A stretch of 64,000 bases of DNA from Ignavibacteria bacterium. GTDB taxonomy: Bacteria > Bacteroidota > Ignavibacteria > Ch128b. Under the pieces are notes generated by a model. The model did not search any database. It worked only from the letters and a program-made list of their open reading frames with translations, and was not told the origin of the DNA. Numbering within the stretch: position 1 is the stretch's first letter; every line of letters begins with the position of its first letter. Made by a program: the position numbers and the translations under genes. Positions 19,984 through 28,990 of the stretch are shown piece by piece. The stretch spans positions 417,231 through 481,230 of the forward strand of contig JABLYA010000001.1 of assembly GCA_013177855.1 (NCBI GenBank), read 5' to 3'.

Positions 19984-21696
19984 TTAATAGACAACTGTTA
20001 CAATTTTTGCAACCTGTTCTGTTTTAGCATCTGCTTCAACTAAAACCTGTACAATATATGGTCCTGGTCGAACTGTCTTACCATTTTCATCTTTACCATC
20101 CCATACAAATGAATTTTGTGCAATAAATGCTGCTGCTCCAGAAGTTGAATTATAAAATTCTCTCACAAGTCTACCTTGTAAATCATAGATCAGAATTTTT
20201 AATTTTCTTAATTCACCACCGACAAGACTTCTTGGTTCAGCAATATTTGCAAGGAAAAAAGAAAGAACAGTTTGATCATTAATTCCATCGCCATTTGGTG
20301 TAAATGGATTTGGTTCTACTTTAAAATCAATAATTAATTTCGGAGGAACTCCTGTTGTAACAATACTCCAATTTTCAAGTCCACCAAATTTTTTTGTATC
20401 AACTCTCTGTGGATTGTCAGGACTTTGTTTACTATGTAGATAAGAAACAAATCTATTCACACCTAAAAATGGCGTGCATTTTAATGTAGCCTCAAAAGTT
20501 ATTGATGTTGTAATTGGAGACTGTGGAATAATTACAATCTTGTTCGCATAAATCTCTGCTGAGTATTGAATCGGATTATTATCAAGTTTTACTCCAAGTA
20601 ATTGTGTCGGTGTAGGAGTAAAAATCGTAATTGTATCAATTGGATAATCAGTTGGAGATTTATTGATTACGATTTTGTAAGAAAAAGTATTTTCCTGCAA
20701 GATTGGTGAATATTGAGGACTGATTGTTGCATCAGTTGATTGAGCGATTAAAGTCTTATCAAAGAAAATTTCAACTTCATCTACTTTGGGAGTTTGTAAT
20801 GTTAATGTTCCCAGTCTGACCTGATATTGAACATATCTCCTCGGTTCATAAACTGGAAGTTGTGTTCCGGAGATCGTAGTTGAATCTTCATTCCAATTAC
20901 TCCAGGTTGTATCAACTTTTGGAGTATTTCCTGTTCTCATTCGCAGAGAGATTTGAGTACCTTCAGGTTGTTCTGCCTTCCATGTAATTTTTGACCAGTT
21001 AACCGGTTGACCTGCATCGAGAACCTTTGAAGTGAAATATCCTTCAGGTAAATAACCTTTTCCAAAAACTTCAATTTCCGAAATAACTGTACTTTGAACT
21101 TGATCAATTACATCAATTGTAATTTTCAAGAAACGAATTTCAACTACTCTATCGAAATAATCATCTGTTACACCTAAAGTATTTTCCGGAACTTGAACAA
21201 GTTTTTCCATAGAAAGAGTATCAAGTCCGCCATAAATTGTATAAGCTCTAACTCGAAGGTTGGTTGGAATATTTGTAGGACCACCGGGATAAAATCCAAG
21301 CTGCCAGATTCTTACTCTATTGACAGCACGAACAGCTTGAAGATCAATTACGATGTAAGTCCCTTCTCCACCTGGCCCAGCATTTAAAGAAAGAATTTGA
21401 ACATATGAAGGTGAGAAAAATTTTCCATCGATTAGTTTTAAAGCATTTCTAGCGGCAGTATCAGGTGGAAGATTTCGGCTTTTATACACAATGTAAGCAT
21501 ATTTATTTCGAGCAAGATTTTCATTCTCACCTGTTTGAAGAAGAAGTTTTCCCTGTTCAGTTTTCCAGTCGACTGCGGAAGTTAAAGTTGAGTCAACAGA
21601 GAAATCGTTCCAGGTTGTATCTTTTATTGAGAATTGGCTATGAAGAAGAGAAGAAGTAAGAATGGTTATTACAATTGCGAGTTTAAGTTTTTTCAT
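19984..21696 (-). CDS. Secreted discoidin/F5-8C-like domain protein with type B (gliding-motility/CHU_C-like, FlgD-Ig) C-terminal sorting domain
   Basis: Signal peptide; ENLARNK...KLIDG...IVIDLQAVRAVNRVRI...RFLKITI...ISEIEVFG discoidin pattern; PNPFTPNGDGINDQ...IYDLQGRLV...WDGKDENG...GPYIVQV. Confidence 0.75.
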   Translation of the reverse strand: MKKLKLAIVITILTSSLLHSQFSIKDTTWNDFSVDSTLTSAVDWKTEQGKLLLQTGENENLARNKYAYIVYKSRNLPPDTAARNALKLIDGKFFSPSYVQILSLNAGPGGEGTYIVIDLQAVRAVNRVRIWQLGFYPGGPTNIPTNLRVRAYTIYGGLDTLSMEKLVQVPENTLGVTDDYFDRVVEIRFLKITIDVIDQVQSTVISEIEVFGKGYLPEGYFTSKVLDAGQPVNWSKITWKAEQPEGTQISLRMRTGNTPKVDTTWSNWNEDSTTISGTQLPVYEPRRYVQYQVRLGTLTLQTPKVDEVEIFFDKTLIAQSTDATISPQYSPILQENTFSYKIVINKSPTDYPIDTITIFTPTPTQLLGVKLDNNPIQYSAEIYANKIVIIPQSPITTSITFEATLKCTPFLGVNRFVSYLHSKQSPDNPQRVDTKKFGGLENWSIVTTGVPPKLIIDFKVEPNPFTPNGDGINDQTVLSFFLANIAEPRSLVGGELRKLKILIYDLQGRLVREFYNSTSGAAAFIAQNSFVWDGKDENGKTVRPGPYIVQVLVEADAKTEQVAKIVTVVY

Positions 21697-21737
21697 TTTG
21701 TATTTCAGCTCTATAGTTTTTGTTTATTAAACTATCA

Positions 21738-21745
21738 CAAAATTA
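21738..21745 (-). promoter_or_regulatory. Putative -10/-7 promoter element TAATTTTG of the envelope operon
   Basis: Matches the TAnnTTTG element recurring upstream of other genes here; 41 nt before ATG 21696; no good -35 at 17-nt spacing. Confidence 0.45.
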
Positions 21746-21811
21746 ATAAGCAGTTAAAATTAAAAAAATTTACAATACACAATTAACTATAAAAACCGGT
21801 CTTGATGATTT

Positions 21812-22768
21812 CTAAAGGAGTAAAACTCCACTCTCCATTATTACAATATCATCAACAAGTACGGTGGGCTTTTTGACTAATCCATCAAGATGAATTGGAA
21901 CATTAATATTTCCACCCATTGAAATATTATTTCCAAATGCAATGTGAATGGTTCCTAAAACTTTTTCGTCTTCTAAAATCTGTCCAATAATTTTCGCTTT
22001 ATAATTAGTACCTATTCCAAACTCACCAACTGCTCTTGCGTCTTTTCCAACTTTGTCTAACATTTTCTGAAATTTTTTTGCTTCAGTTTTGCCGATAATT
22101 TTTTCTGCGTATCCATCTTTAACAGTAACTTTGATTGGATTCTTCAAGATACCAATTCCAGCCATTGAACCATCGAAAACAATTACACCATTAGTTGAGC
22201 CTTCAACTGGAGCAAGATAAACTTCTCCTGATGGAAGATTTCCACTTTCACCTTTATTTCTCAAAACTCCAGTGCTTGGAATAATTTTTCTTCCTTCGAT
22301 GTTCATTTCAACATCGGTTCCATTTTTTGAAATGACTCTAATCACTTTAGAATTTTCAAGAGCGTTCTTGACTGAGTTTGTTAATTCAACAACTTTTTTC
22401 GAATCAGCTGATAAACATCTGATCATTGTTGATTTGCTTATGCCCGGCATAGTTGCAACTCTAGCGCCAGCTTTGACAGCTTCTCTTCTAGCATTTGTAT
22501 GAGTTAAAGATTTTGCAGTTGGGCAAACTACTACATCAAATTTTTTCATTAACTCTGCAATTTGTTCTGGTGGTTCTTCACCATTCATTTCTCTCGATTT
22601 CATTTCAACATAAACAGCTTCTTTACATAATTTCTTTCCAACTTCAAATAGCGAGTAACCAATTTCTTTTTCAATCTCATCAGAAATTACTAATAACGTC
22701 TCTTCTTTTTGAAGACCGAGTAAATCTCTTAATGCGATTAATGAACTTTTTTGTAATTCCTTATTCAT
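21812..22768 (-). CDS. Aminopeptidase, peptidase M29 (aminopeptidase T-like)
   Basis: GNLPSGEVYLAP, GVIVFDGS, GEFGIGTN, EDEKVLGTIHIAFGNN, PIHLDG. Confidence 0.88.
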   Translation of the reverse strand: MNKELQKSSLIALRDLLGLQKEETLLVISDEIEKEIGYSLFEVGKKLCKEAVYVEMKSREMNGEEPPEQIAELMKKFDVVVCPTAKSLTHTNARREAVKAGARVATMPGISKSTMIRCLSADSKKVVELTNSVKNALENSKVIRVISKNGTDVEMNIEGRKIIPSTGVLRNKGESGNLPSGEVYLAPVEGSTNGVIVFDGSMAGIGILKNPIKVTVKDGYAEKIIGKTEAKKFQKMLDKVGKDARAVGEFGIGTNYKAKIIGQILEDEKVLGTIHIAFGNNISMGGNINVPIHLDGLVKKPTVLVDDIVIMESGVLLL

Positions 22769-22778
22769 TTTTTCTCTC

Positions 22779-24104
22779 TCAATTTCTTAAAATTAAATTT
22801 TTCTCTTCAACTCGAAGCAAGTAAGAGAATAACAAACCAGAAAAACCAAGCACTGAAAAAATCCACATACCCGGAATATATCCTTGCGGATTTGCTGCAC
22901 TCGCACCAAACAAATCATTGCTGTATCCAATTATCAAATTAAATGAAAACAGACCAATATTTTGAATCATTGTCATCAATCCGTAAGCAGTTCCCAATTT
23001 TGAAGAATCAACAACCAGAGCAACATAAGGCCACATCACTGCTGGAATAAGTGAAAATGCGATGCCCATCATTGACATTGGAATAATCAAATAAAAAGGA
23101 ATTGAAGTGTGAATATCGAAGAAATCAAGATTTATATTTATACTTCCGCTTAACCCGAGCGGAGATGCAAGATCAACTTTGTAAGCCATTATCAAATAAA
23201 CAGGAATAATCAAAAACGAGCCAAACATCATCAAATAAGATTTTTTCTTTACTCGATCAGCAAGTAAACCAAAAAGCGGAGTGAAAATCATTGCCGACAA
23301 AGTCAAAATGCTTGAAAGATTCCCACCTACTTCTCTTGATGTTCCATGAACTTCCTGGAAAAATTTTATTGCAAATGTTTGAAATGGAAACATTGCTGAA
23401 TAAAAAGTCACACACAATGCTGAAATAAACCAGAACGCTTTTCCAAATCCGAAAATTTCTTTCAATACAACTTTGTCTTGATTTCCTTCTGGGGGCAATT
23501 CATATTTCTTTGAGCTGGCTAAATCAATAAAATAATAAATCAAGATAAAAACTAGAGCTGAAACACCAGCATAAAAAGAAATCCATAACGGTTTTTGCCA
23601 GTAATCATAAAAATGTTTTGCCCAGGTTGGTGAGTTGAGAGCCATAAAAGAACCAAGTCGTGCAAGAGTTAAATTCAATCCAAAAGCAAATGAAAGTTCT
23701 TTACCCTTAAACCATCTTGCAATAATTGTAGTAATTGCAACGATCATAGACTCAGCACCAAGTCCAAAAAGTAATCGACCCGATGCCATTACAAAAATAT
23801 CTCCCTTAACAGCAGTAAGAAGAGAACCAAGCATTAAAAGAGTTGTAAAGATCAAAACTGCTTTTCTTGTTCCAATTCGATCAATTATAATTCCACCAAT
23901 CAAAACCATAATAACATTTGGAAAACTATAAATCGCATTAAGCAAACCAATATTTGAGTCAGAAAATCCAAGTTGAGTTTTTAATAAATCAGCTAATGGA
24001 CTAATGCTGTCATAGATATAATAATTACCAAACATTGCAAGGCTTATAAATAGCCAGACAATCCATCTGATTGAAGCTGGTGGTTCTCTTCTTACCTGTT
24101 CCAA
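22779..24104 (-). CDS. MFS transporter, MFSD1-like
   Basis: About 12 TMs; FGNYYIYD, YSFPNV...GGIIIDRIG, GRLLFGLGAES...WFKGKELSFAFGL.L..ARLGS, GTAYGLMTMIQNIG closely track MFSD1 motifs. Confidence 0.85.
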   Translation of the reverse strand: MEQVRREPPASIRWIVWLFISLAMFGNYYIYDSISPLADLLKTQLGFSDSNIGLLNAIYSFPNVIMVLIGGIIIDRIGTRKAVLIFTTLLMLGSLLTAVKGDIFVMASGRLLFGLGAESMIVAITTIIARWFKGKELSFAFGLNLTLARLGSFMALNSPTWAKHFYDYWQKPLWISFYAGVSALVFILIYYFIDLASSKKYELPPEGNQDKVVLKEIFGFGKAFWFISALCVTFYSAMFPFQTFAIKFFQEVHGTSREVGGNLSSILTLSAMIFTPLFGLLADRVKKKSYLMMFGSFLIIPVYLIMAYKVDLASPLGLSGSININLDFFDIHTSIPFYLIIPMSMMGIAFSLIPAVMWPYVALVVDSSKLGTAYGLMTMIQNIGLFSFNLIIGYSNDLFGASAANPQGYIPGMWIFSVLGFSGLLFSYLLRVEEKNLILRN

Positions 24105-24116
24105 ATTTCAATCTCC

Positions 24117-25577
24117 TTAATTTTTCGCAGGGATATTTTTCAGAACTTCTAATAATAAATCATAAAATTTTTCTACAGTACTTATCTGGACTCTTTCATC
24201 AGGTGAATGAGCACCCATAATGGTTGGACCAAAAGATATCATATCCATATTTGGGTATTTTTCTTTTATGATACCGCATTCAAGTCCAGCATGAATTGCT
24301 TTTACCTCAGGTTCTTTTCCATATTTCTTTTTATAAACTTCTTTCATCAGTTTCAAAATTTCTGAATTAATGTCTGGTTTCCATCCCGGATAACCATCGC
24401 CATGTTTTACTTCTGCATTTGCAAGTAGAAAGACACAACGATTCATAATCACGATATCTTCTTTTTCACTTTCTACTGAGCTTCGTTGACTTGTACCAAC
24501 AACAATTTGATCACCGAAAGTAATTGTAGCAAGATTTGTAGATGTCTCCACAAGTCCAGGTATATCAGCACTCATCTTTATTACTCCATGCGGAAGGGCA
24601 TAAAGAGCATTTAAAAGATTTATTTGTGTTGATTTGTCGATTACAAATTCGGGTAAATTTGATCGTTCAAATTCAACTTTTAAATCTGGTTCAACAGAAG
24701 AAAGTTCACTTTTCACAACTGTATTGTAATAATTGACGAACCCTTCAAGTTCATCAGCTCTGGATTTATTGACAACGATTTCTGCGAAAGCTTCTCTCGG
24801 GATTGCGTTTCTTTTACTTCCACCTTCAATTTTTGAAAGTCTTATATCAAATTGATTCTGAAGATTCCAGAGAAGTCTGCTCAAAATTTTAATTGCATTT
24901 CCTCTTCCGAGATGAATATCAAGTCCTGAATGTCCACCTTTAAGTCCTGTAACTTTTATTTTATATCCAAAAGAATTAGCTGGTAAATTTTCCTTTGAAT
25001 AAGAAAATCTGCCTTCCGTATCCTTTCCACCAGAACAGCCGATATAAAGTGCACCATCTTCTTCGGAGTCAAGATTTAGGAGAATTTCAGCGGTAACAAA
25101 TCCTGGTTTTAGACTGTTTGCGCCAGTTAAACCTGTTTCTTCATCAAGTGTAAAAAGAAATTCAAGCGGACCATGTTGAATATCTTTAGCTTCCATAATT
25201 GCAAGAGCAGCAGCAACACCAATTCCATTGTCCGCACCTAAGGTTGTGCCTTTTGCTTTTACCCAATCGCCTTCAACATAAGGTTGAATTGGATCGTTAT
25301 CAAAATCATGTTGAACATCACTGTTTTTCTCACAAACCATATCTAAATGTCCTTGCAGACAAACTGTTTTTAAATTTTCAAATCCTGGTGTAGCAGGCTT
25401 TTTAACTAATATACTGCCAAATGAATCCTGTTCGTAGGGCAATCCAAGTTTTTTAATCACAGACAAAACATATTCGACTACCTTAGATTCTTTTTTGGAA
25501 GGTCTTGGGTATTTACACAATTCACCAAAATATCTCCAGACAGCTTCGGGTTTAAGATTTGCTAATGCGTTTGACAT
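24117..25577 (-). CDS. pepD: Aminoacyl-histidine dipeptidase (peptidase M20C)
   Basis: LQGHLDMVCEKN, GTTLGADNGIG, DEETGLTGA, NLDSEE, GGHSG, IHAGLECG, GAHSPDE. Confidence 0.95.
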   Translation of the reverse strand: MSNALANLKPEAVWRYFGELCKYPRPSKKESKVVEYVLSVIKKLGLPYEQDSFGSILVKKPATPGFENLKTVCLQGHLDMVCEKNSDVQHDFDNDPIQPYVEGDWVKAKGTTLGADNGIGVAAALAIMEAKDIQHGPLEFLFTLDEETGLTGANSLKPGFVTAEILLNLDSEEDGALYIGCSGGKDTEGRFSYSKENLPANSFGYKIKVTGLKGGHSGLDIHLGRGNAIKILSRLLWNLQNQFDIRLSKIEGGSKRNAIPREAFAEIVVNKSRADELEGFVNYYNTVVKSELSSVEPDLKVEFERSNLPEFVIDKSTQINLLNALYALPHGVIKMSADIPGLVETSTNLATITFGDQIVVGTSQRSSVESEKEDIVIMNRCVFLLANAEVKHGDGYPGWKPDINSEILKLMKEVYKKKYGKEPEVKAIHAGLECGIIKEKYPNMDMISFGPTIMGAHSPDERVQISTVEKFYDLLLEVLKNIPAKN

Positions 25578-25579
25578 AA

Positions 25580-25951
25580 CTAACTCTCCTCTTTTTTAAA
25601 ATCTATGAACTGATGAAATTTTAATTGAGTAAAAAATTTTGAAAGTCTTTCTTCGATTGGTTGAATTTTTGCTCCAAATTTTTCTTCTAAAATTTGGGCT
25701 ATTTCTCCAACTTTTTTCTTCCCATCAATTTCAAGCCAGACTGCAGAGCCTATTTCATCGAGCTTGACTTTAAAGAATGGATACTTCAATCGAGGCATTA
25801 AGTGTCTGACCAAAAACTTATTTGTGAATTTGGGAATTAGAATTGTGATGAGGTTATTTTCAGATTTTTCGAAATCAAATTTTCTGATTGGAATGAGTTC
25901 CCAGAGATTTACTTCGACTTTTTCTTTTGATTTTCTTTTAAAGGATATCAT
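25580..25951 (-). CDS. Stand-alone PqqD-family (RRE-like) protein
   Basis: VKLDEIGSAVWLEIDGKKKVGEIAQILEEKFG...ERLSKFFTQL winged-helix PqqD signature. Confidence 0.8.
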   Translation of the reverse strand: MISFKRKSKEKVEVNLWELIPIRKFDFEKSENNLITILIPKFTNKFLVRHLMPRLKYPFFKVKLDEIGSAVWLEIDGKKKVGEIAQILEEKFGAKIQPIEERLSKFFTQLKFHQFIDFKKEES

Positions 25952-26105
25952 TTCAATTTTTATTTAGTCCTATCAATGCTTTTATGAGAATTTCTAAAGT
26001 TCTAAGATTAACCCATCGTAAAATTTACGATAGAATTAAACTCCTTAAAATTCAAAATCAATTTTTCAATATTCGATCAGAACCTGTTTATAGACAATCT
26101 AAAGC

Positions 26106-26147
26106 AAAAAAAATTTTGTCAGGTTGAGTATAACCCAACCTGACAAA
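26106..26147 (-). terminator. Intrinsic terminator downstream of the OPT gene
   Basis: TTTGTCAGGTTG (26115-26126) / CAACCTGACAAA (26136-26147) stem; T-tract follows on the minus strand. Confidence 0.75.
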
Positions 26148-26179
26148 TAAAAATTTAATTAATACAATTAAACAACATA

Positions 26180-28183
26180 TTACATCATTGCACTAGGTGG
26201 AGCTGGTTCATCGGGACGACCAGCATTCTTAATTGGAATTTGAACCAATAACCAGGCAATGAAGACAAACACAAGCAAGCTGATAGCAAATGTCGGTTGT
26301 TCAAAAATCTTAAATAGTGAAACCTCAAAGAAGGCAAATGCAGCAAATACTAATCCGATTAACGCTTCACCGGCAATTAAGCCAGCCGCAACCAATACAC
26401 CTGTATTCTCAACTCTTGCTCTCTGAGCTTCATTGAAATTCTTCTTATTATTAATCTGTTCAACTATACCTTTAATCAACCCACCGACGAAAATTGCAAA
26501 AGTTGTTTCAAGAGGTAAGTACATTCCAACTGAAACAAGCATTGGACTTCTGACCTGCATTAAGATAAATCCAAAGCCCATTAACATTCCAACAATAATA
26601 AGTGGCCAAGCCATCTCGCCTTTAACAATTCCCTGAGAAAGTAAAGCCATCAAACTTGCTTGAGGAGCTGGTAAATTCTTTCCGCCAAATCCTGTTCCAC
26701 CAGTATTAATATCACCCTGATGCAGAATTAAAAGTGGAATAAACATAACAAATGCGGCAAGTCCAACTCCAATTATATCACCAACCTGCATTTTCCAGGG
26801 AGTACCTCCAAGAATGTGACCAACTTTTAAATCCTGCAACATTTCACCAGCAACAGCAGCGGAAACGCAAACTACCGCAGCTACTCCAAGAACTGCTGCA
26901 ACTCCCGTTGTACCTTTCATTCCAAGAGCAACCATTAATAAAGCAGCGACAAGCAAAGTTGAGAGTGTTAATCCACTGATAGGATTATTACTTGAACCAA
27001 TAATGCCAACCAGATAACCCGAAACTGCCGCAAAGAAAAATCCGGCAATTACCATAACAATGGTCGCAACCAGTGCAGCAACAACATCCTGTGCGAAGTA
27101 ATTATAGATAAAGAATGTTGCAACTGCTGATAGTAAAATACCAAGCATTACCCATTTGAAATTGATATCTTGCTCTGTTCTGATTTCAACATGCTCACCT
27201 GTTGCAGCTTTCTTGACATCACTAATTGATCTCTTTATTCCAGTAAGTAAACTCTTCCTCATTCTGTAAAGAGTGTAACCAGCGCCTACCAACATTCCGC
27301 CTATTGCAATCGGTCTAACAATAAATCTCCAAACATTAATCGATAAATTAATCCAATCACTTTCTGCTGGATTTGGATTAGATGCAAGCAAAGAAGGTGC
27401 AAGGAAATAAGTAATAATTGGAACAAACAATCCCCATGCTAAAAGTCCACCACTGAAATTAAGTGAAGCTAATTTTGGACCAATAATATAACCCACACCG
27501 ATGTATGCAGGACTAACTCCGGGCGAGCTTAATAAAATACCACCTTGTGCAGTAGCTTCACCTGAGCTTCTTAAACCAATTGTAGTTTTAGAAAAATGAA
27601 CAAACTTTTCCCAGCTTTTTGCAAAGAAATTAAATTGACCGAGTGCTTGAATTAAAGCCCCAATCCCCATTGCACTAAATAAAAATTTTGCACCTGTTCC
27701 GCCGGTTCTTCCTGCTTTATGAATCTCACCAGCTGCAACAGATTCAGGGAATGGTAATTCTGCATCTTCAACCATAACTCTGCGAAGCAAAGCGACAAAC
27801 ATAATTCCAAGCACACCACCAACAAACATTATAATTGATGACTCAAGATAATGCTTCATTGTAAATTCGGGCCAAATACCAGCGATGAAAAATGCAGGGA
27901 TAGTGAAAATTGCACCTGCTGCAACTGATTCTCCAATTGACCCAACAGTACGAGCAAAGTTTTCTTCAAGAATTGACCCTTTCATTGCTCTCAAGAGAGC
28001 CATACCAATAACTGCTGCTGGATATGTAGCTGCTATTGTCATTCCAGCTTTGAGTCCCAGATAAGCATTTGCTGCACCAAGAACCACACACATTATCAAA
28101 CCAATTATCAAAGCCCGCACTGTAAACTCTGGAAGAGTTTTATCAGGTGAAACGAACGGAACATATTTTTTGCTTTCCGTCAT
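26180..28183 (-). CDS. Oligopeptide transporter, OPT family
   Basis: EFTVRALIIG...AANAYLGLKAG, LPFPESVA, GSSNNPISG, LQDLKVGHILGGTPWKMQ, LPAPQA. Confidence 0.93.
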   Translation of the reverse strand: MTESKKYVPFVSPDKTLPEFTVRALIIGLIMCVVLGAANAYLGLKAGMTIAATYPAAVIGMALLRAMKGSILEENFARTVGSIGESVAAGAIFTIPAFFIAGIWPEFTMKHYLESSIIMFVGGVLGIMFVALLRRVMVEDAELPFPESVAAGEIHKAGRTGGTGAKFLFSAMGIGALIQALGQFNFFAKSWEKFVHFSKTTIGLRSSGEATAQGGILLSSPGVSPAYIGVGYIIGPKLASLNFSGGLLAWGLFVPIITYFLAPSLLASNPNPAESDWINLSINVWRFIVRPIAIGGMLVGAGYTLYRMRKSLLTGIKRSISDVKKAATGEHVEIRTEQDINFKWVMLGILLSAVATFFIYNYFAQDVVAALVATIVMVIAGFFFAAVSGYLVGIIGSSNNPISGLTLSTLLVAALLMVALGMKGTTGVAAVLGVAAVVCVSAAVAGEMLQDLKVGHILGGTPWKMQVGDIIGVGLAAFVMFIPLLILHQGDINTGGTGFGGKNLPAPQASLMALLSQGIVKGEMAWPLIIVGMLMGFGFILMQVRSPMLVSVGMYLPLETTFAIFVGGLIKGIVEQINNKKNFNEAQRARVENTGVLVAAGLIAGEALIGLVFAAFAFFEVSLFKIFEQPTFAISLLVFVFIAWLLVQIPIKNAGRPDEPAPPSAMM

Positions 28184-28273
28184 AACAACTCCTTTGATTT
28201 AGTTTTTGATGGGATTATTTTTTAAAGATTTGAATTCAACTCTCTCCTGATTTTTTAACTTTAAAAATTTTTT

Positions 28274-28304
28274 CAAATATATGGATGAATTTGACTGACT
28301 TCAA
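28274..28304 (-). promoter_or_regulatory. Putative promoter of the OPT gene: TTGAAG-17-TATATTTG
   Basis: Exact 17-nt spacing; same architecture as four other promoters in the window. Confidence 0.6.
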
Positions 28305-28478
28305 GAAGGGAGCAAAGTAATTCGTAAATAAGATTTAAGATTAGATATTTTCTTCAGATTAATTTCTTTGATCATAAATCTCTTTTGATATTAGTCAAAA
28401 GTTTGAATACATTTCTTTAAAAATAGAATCTTAAAAAATCTTAATTCATCTAATTGTAAAAAGTAATGGAGATTAAAT

Positions 28479-28859
28479 ATGTTAATACTAATTGGTGCAG
28501 AAGGAAAAGATTTGAACAGTAACGTCTCAATGAGATTTGGTCATTCAAATTACTTTTTAATTTTCAACACAGAGACCAAATCAGTAGAAGCGTATGAAAA
28601 TGTTGGTCACAACAAGAAACATGAAAATCTTAGAGAACTCATAAATAAAGGTGTTGAGGTAACCATAGTTGGCAATATTGGTCCTCATGCATTCGAAACA
28701 ATTAATACTTCCAGAAACAAAATTTATCTTGCTAGAAAAATGTCTGTGAAAGAAGCGATTGAAAAATTTTTAAAAGGTGAACTTAAACAATTAAGCGAAC
28801 CGACTGCCAAAAAAAGCATTGGCCATAAGCACAGTCATCATAATCATCATAATGATTAA
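28479..28859 (+). CDS. NifB/NifX-family metal-cluster-binding protein with His-rich tail
   Basis: VSMRFGHSNYFLIF...GVEVTIVGNIGPHAFETI...SVKEAIEKFLKGELKQ; ends HKHSHHNHHND. Confidence 0.85.
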   Translation: MLILIGAEGKDLNSNVSMRFGHSNYFLIFNTETKSVEAYENVGHNKKHENLRELINKGVEVTIVGNIGPHAFETINTSRNKIYLARKMSVKEAIEKFLKGELKQLSEPTAKKSIGHKHSHHNHHND

Positions 28860-28990
28860 AAAATATTTTAAAGTATTGTTATAAAAAGTTTGTAAGAAAA
28901 TTCAAAAAAATTTGAAAACTACTGATCTGGCTTTTACGACAAACACTTAAAATTAGTTGAACGATTAATTAAAGAAGAAAAAAAACTAAA

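Noticed and set aside
25580..26179. RiPP/PQQ biosynthetic cluster around PqqD
   Set aside because: No modifying enzymes and no convincing precursor ORF in the flanking gap
28479..28859. Nitrogen fixation inferred from the NifX-like gene
   Set aside because: No nif structural or assembly genes in the window; the family is widespread in non-diazotrophs
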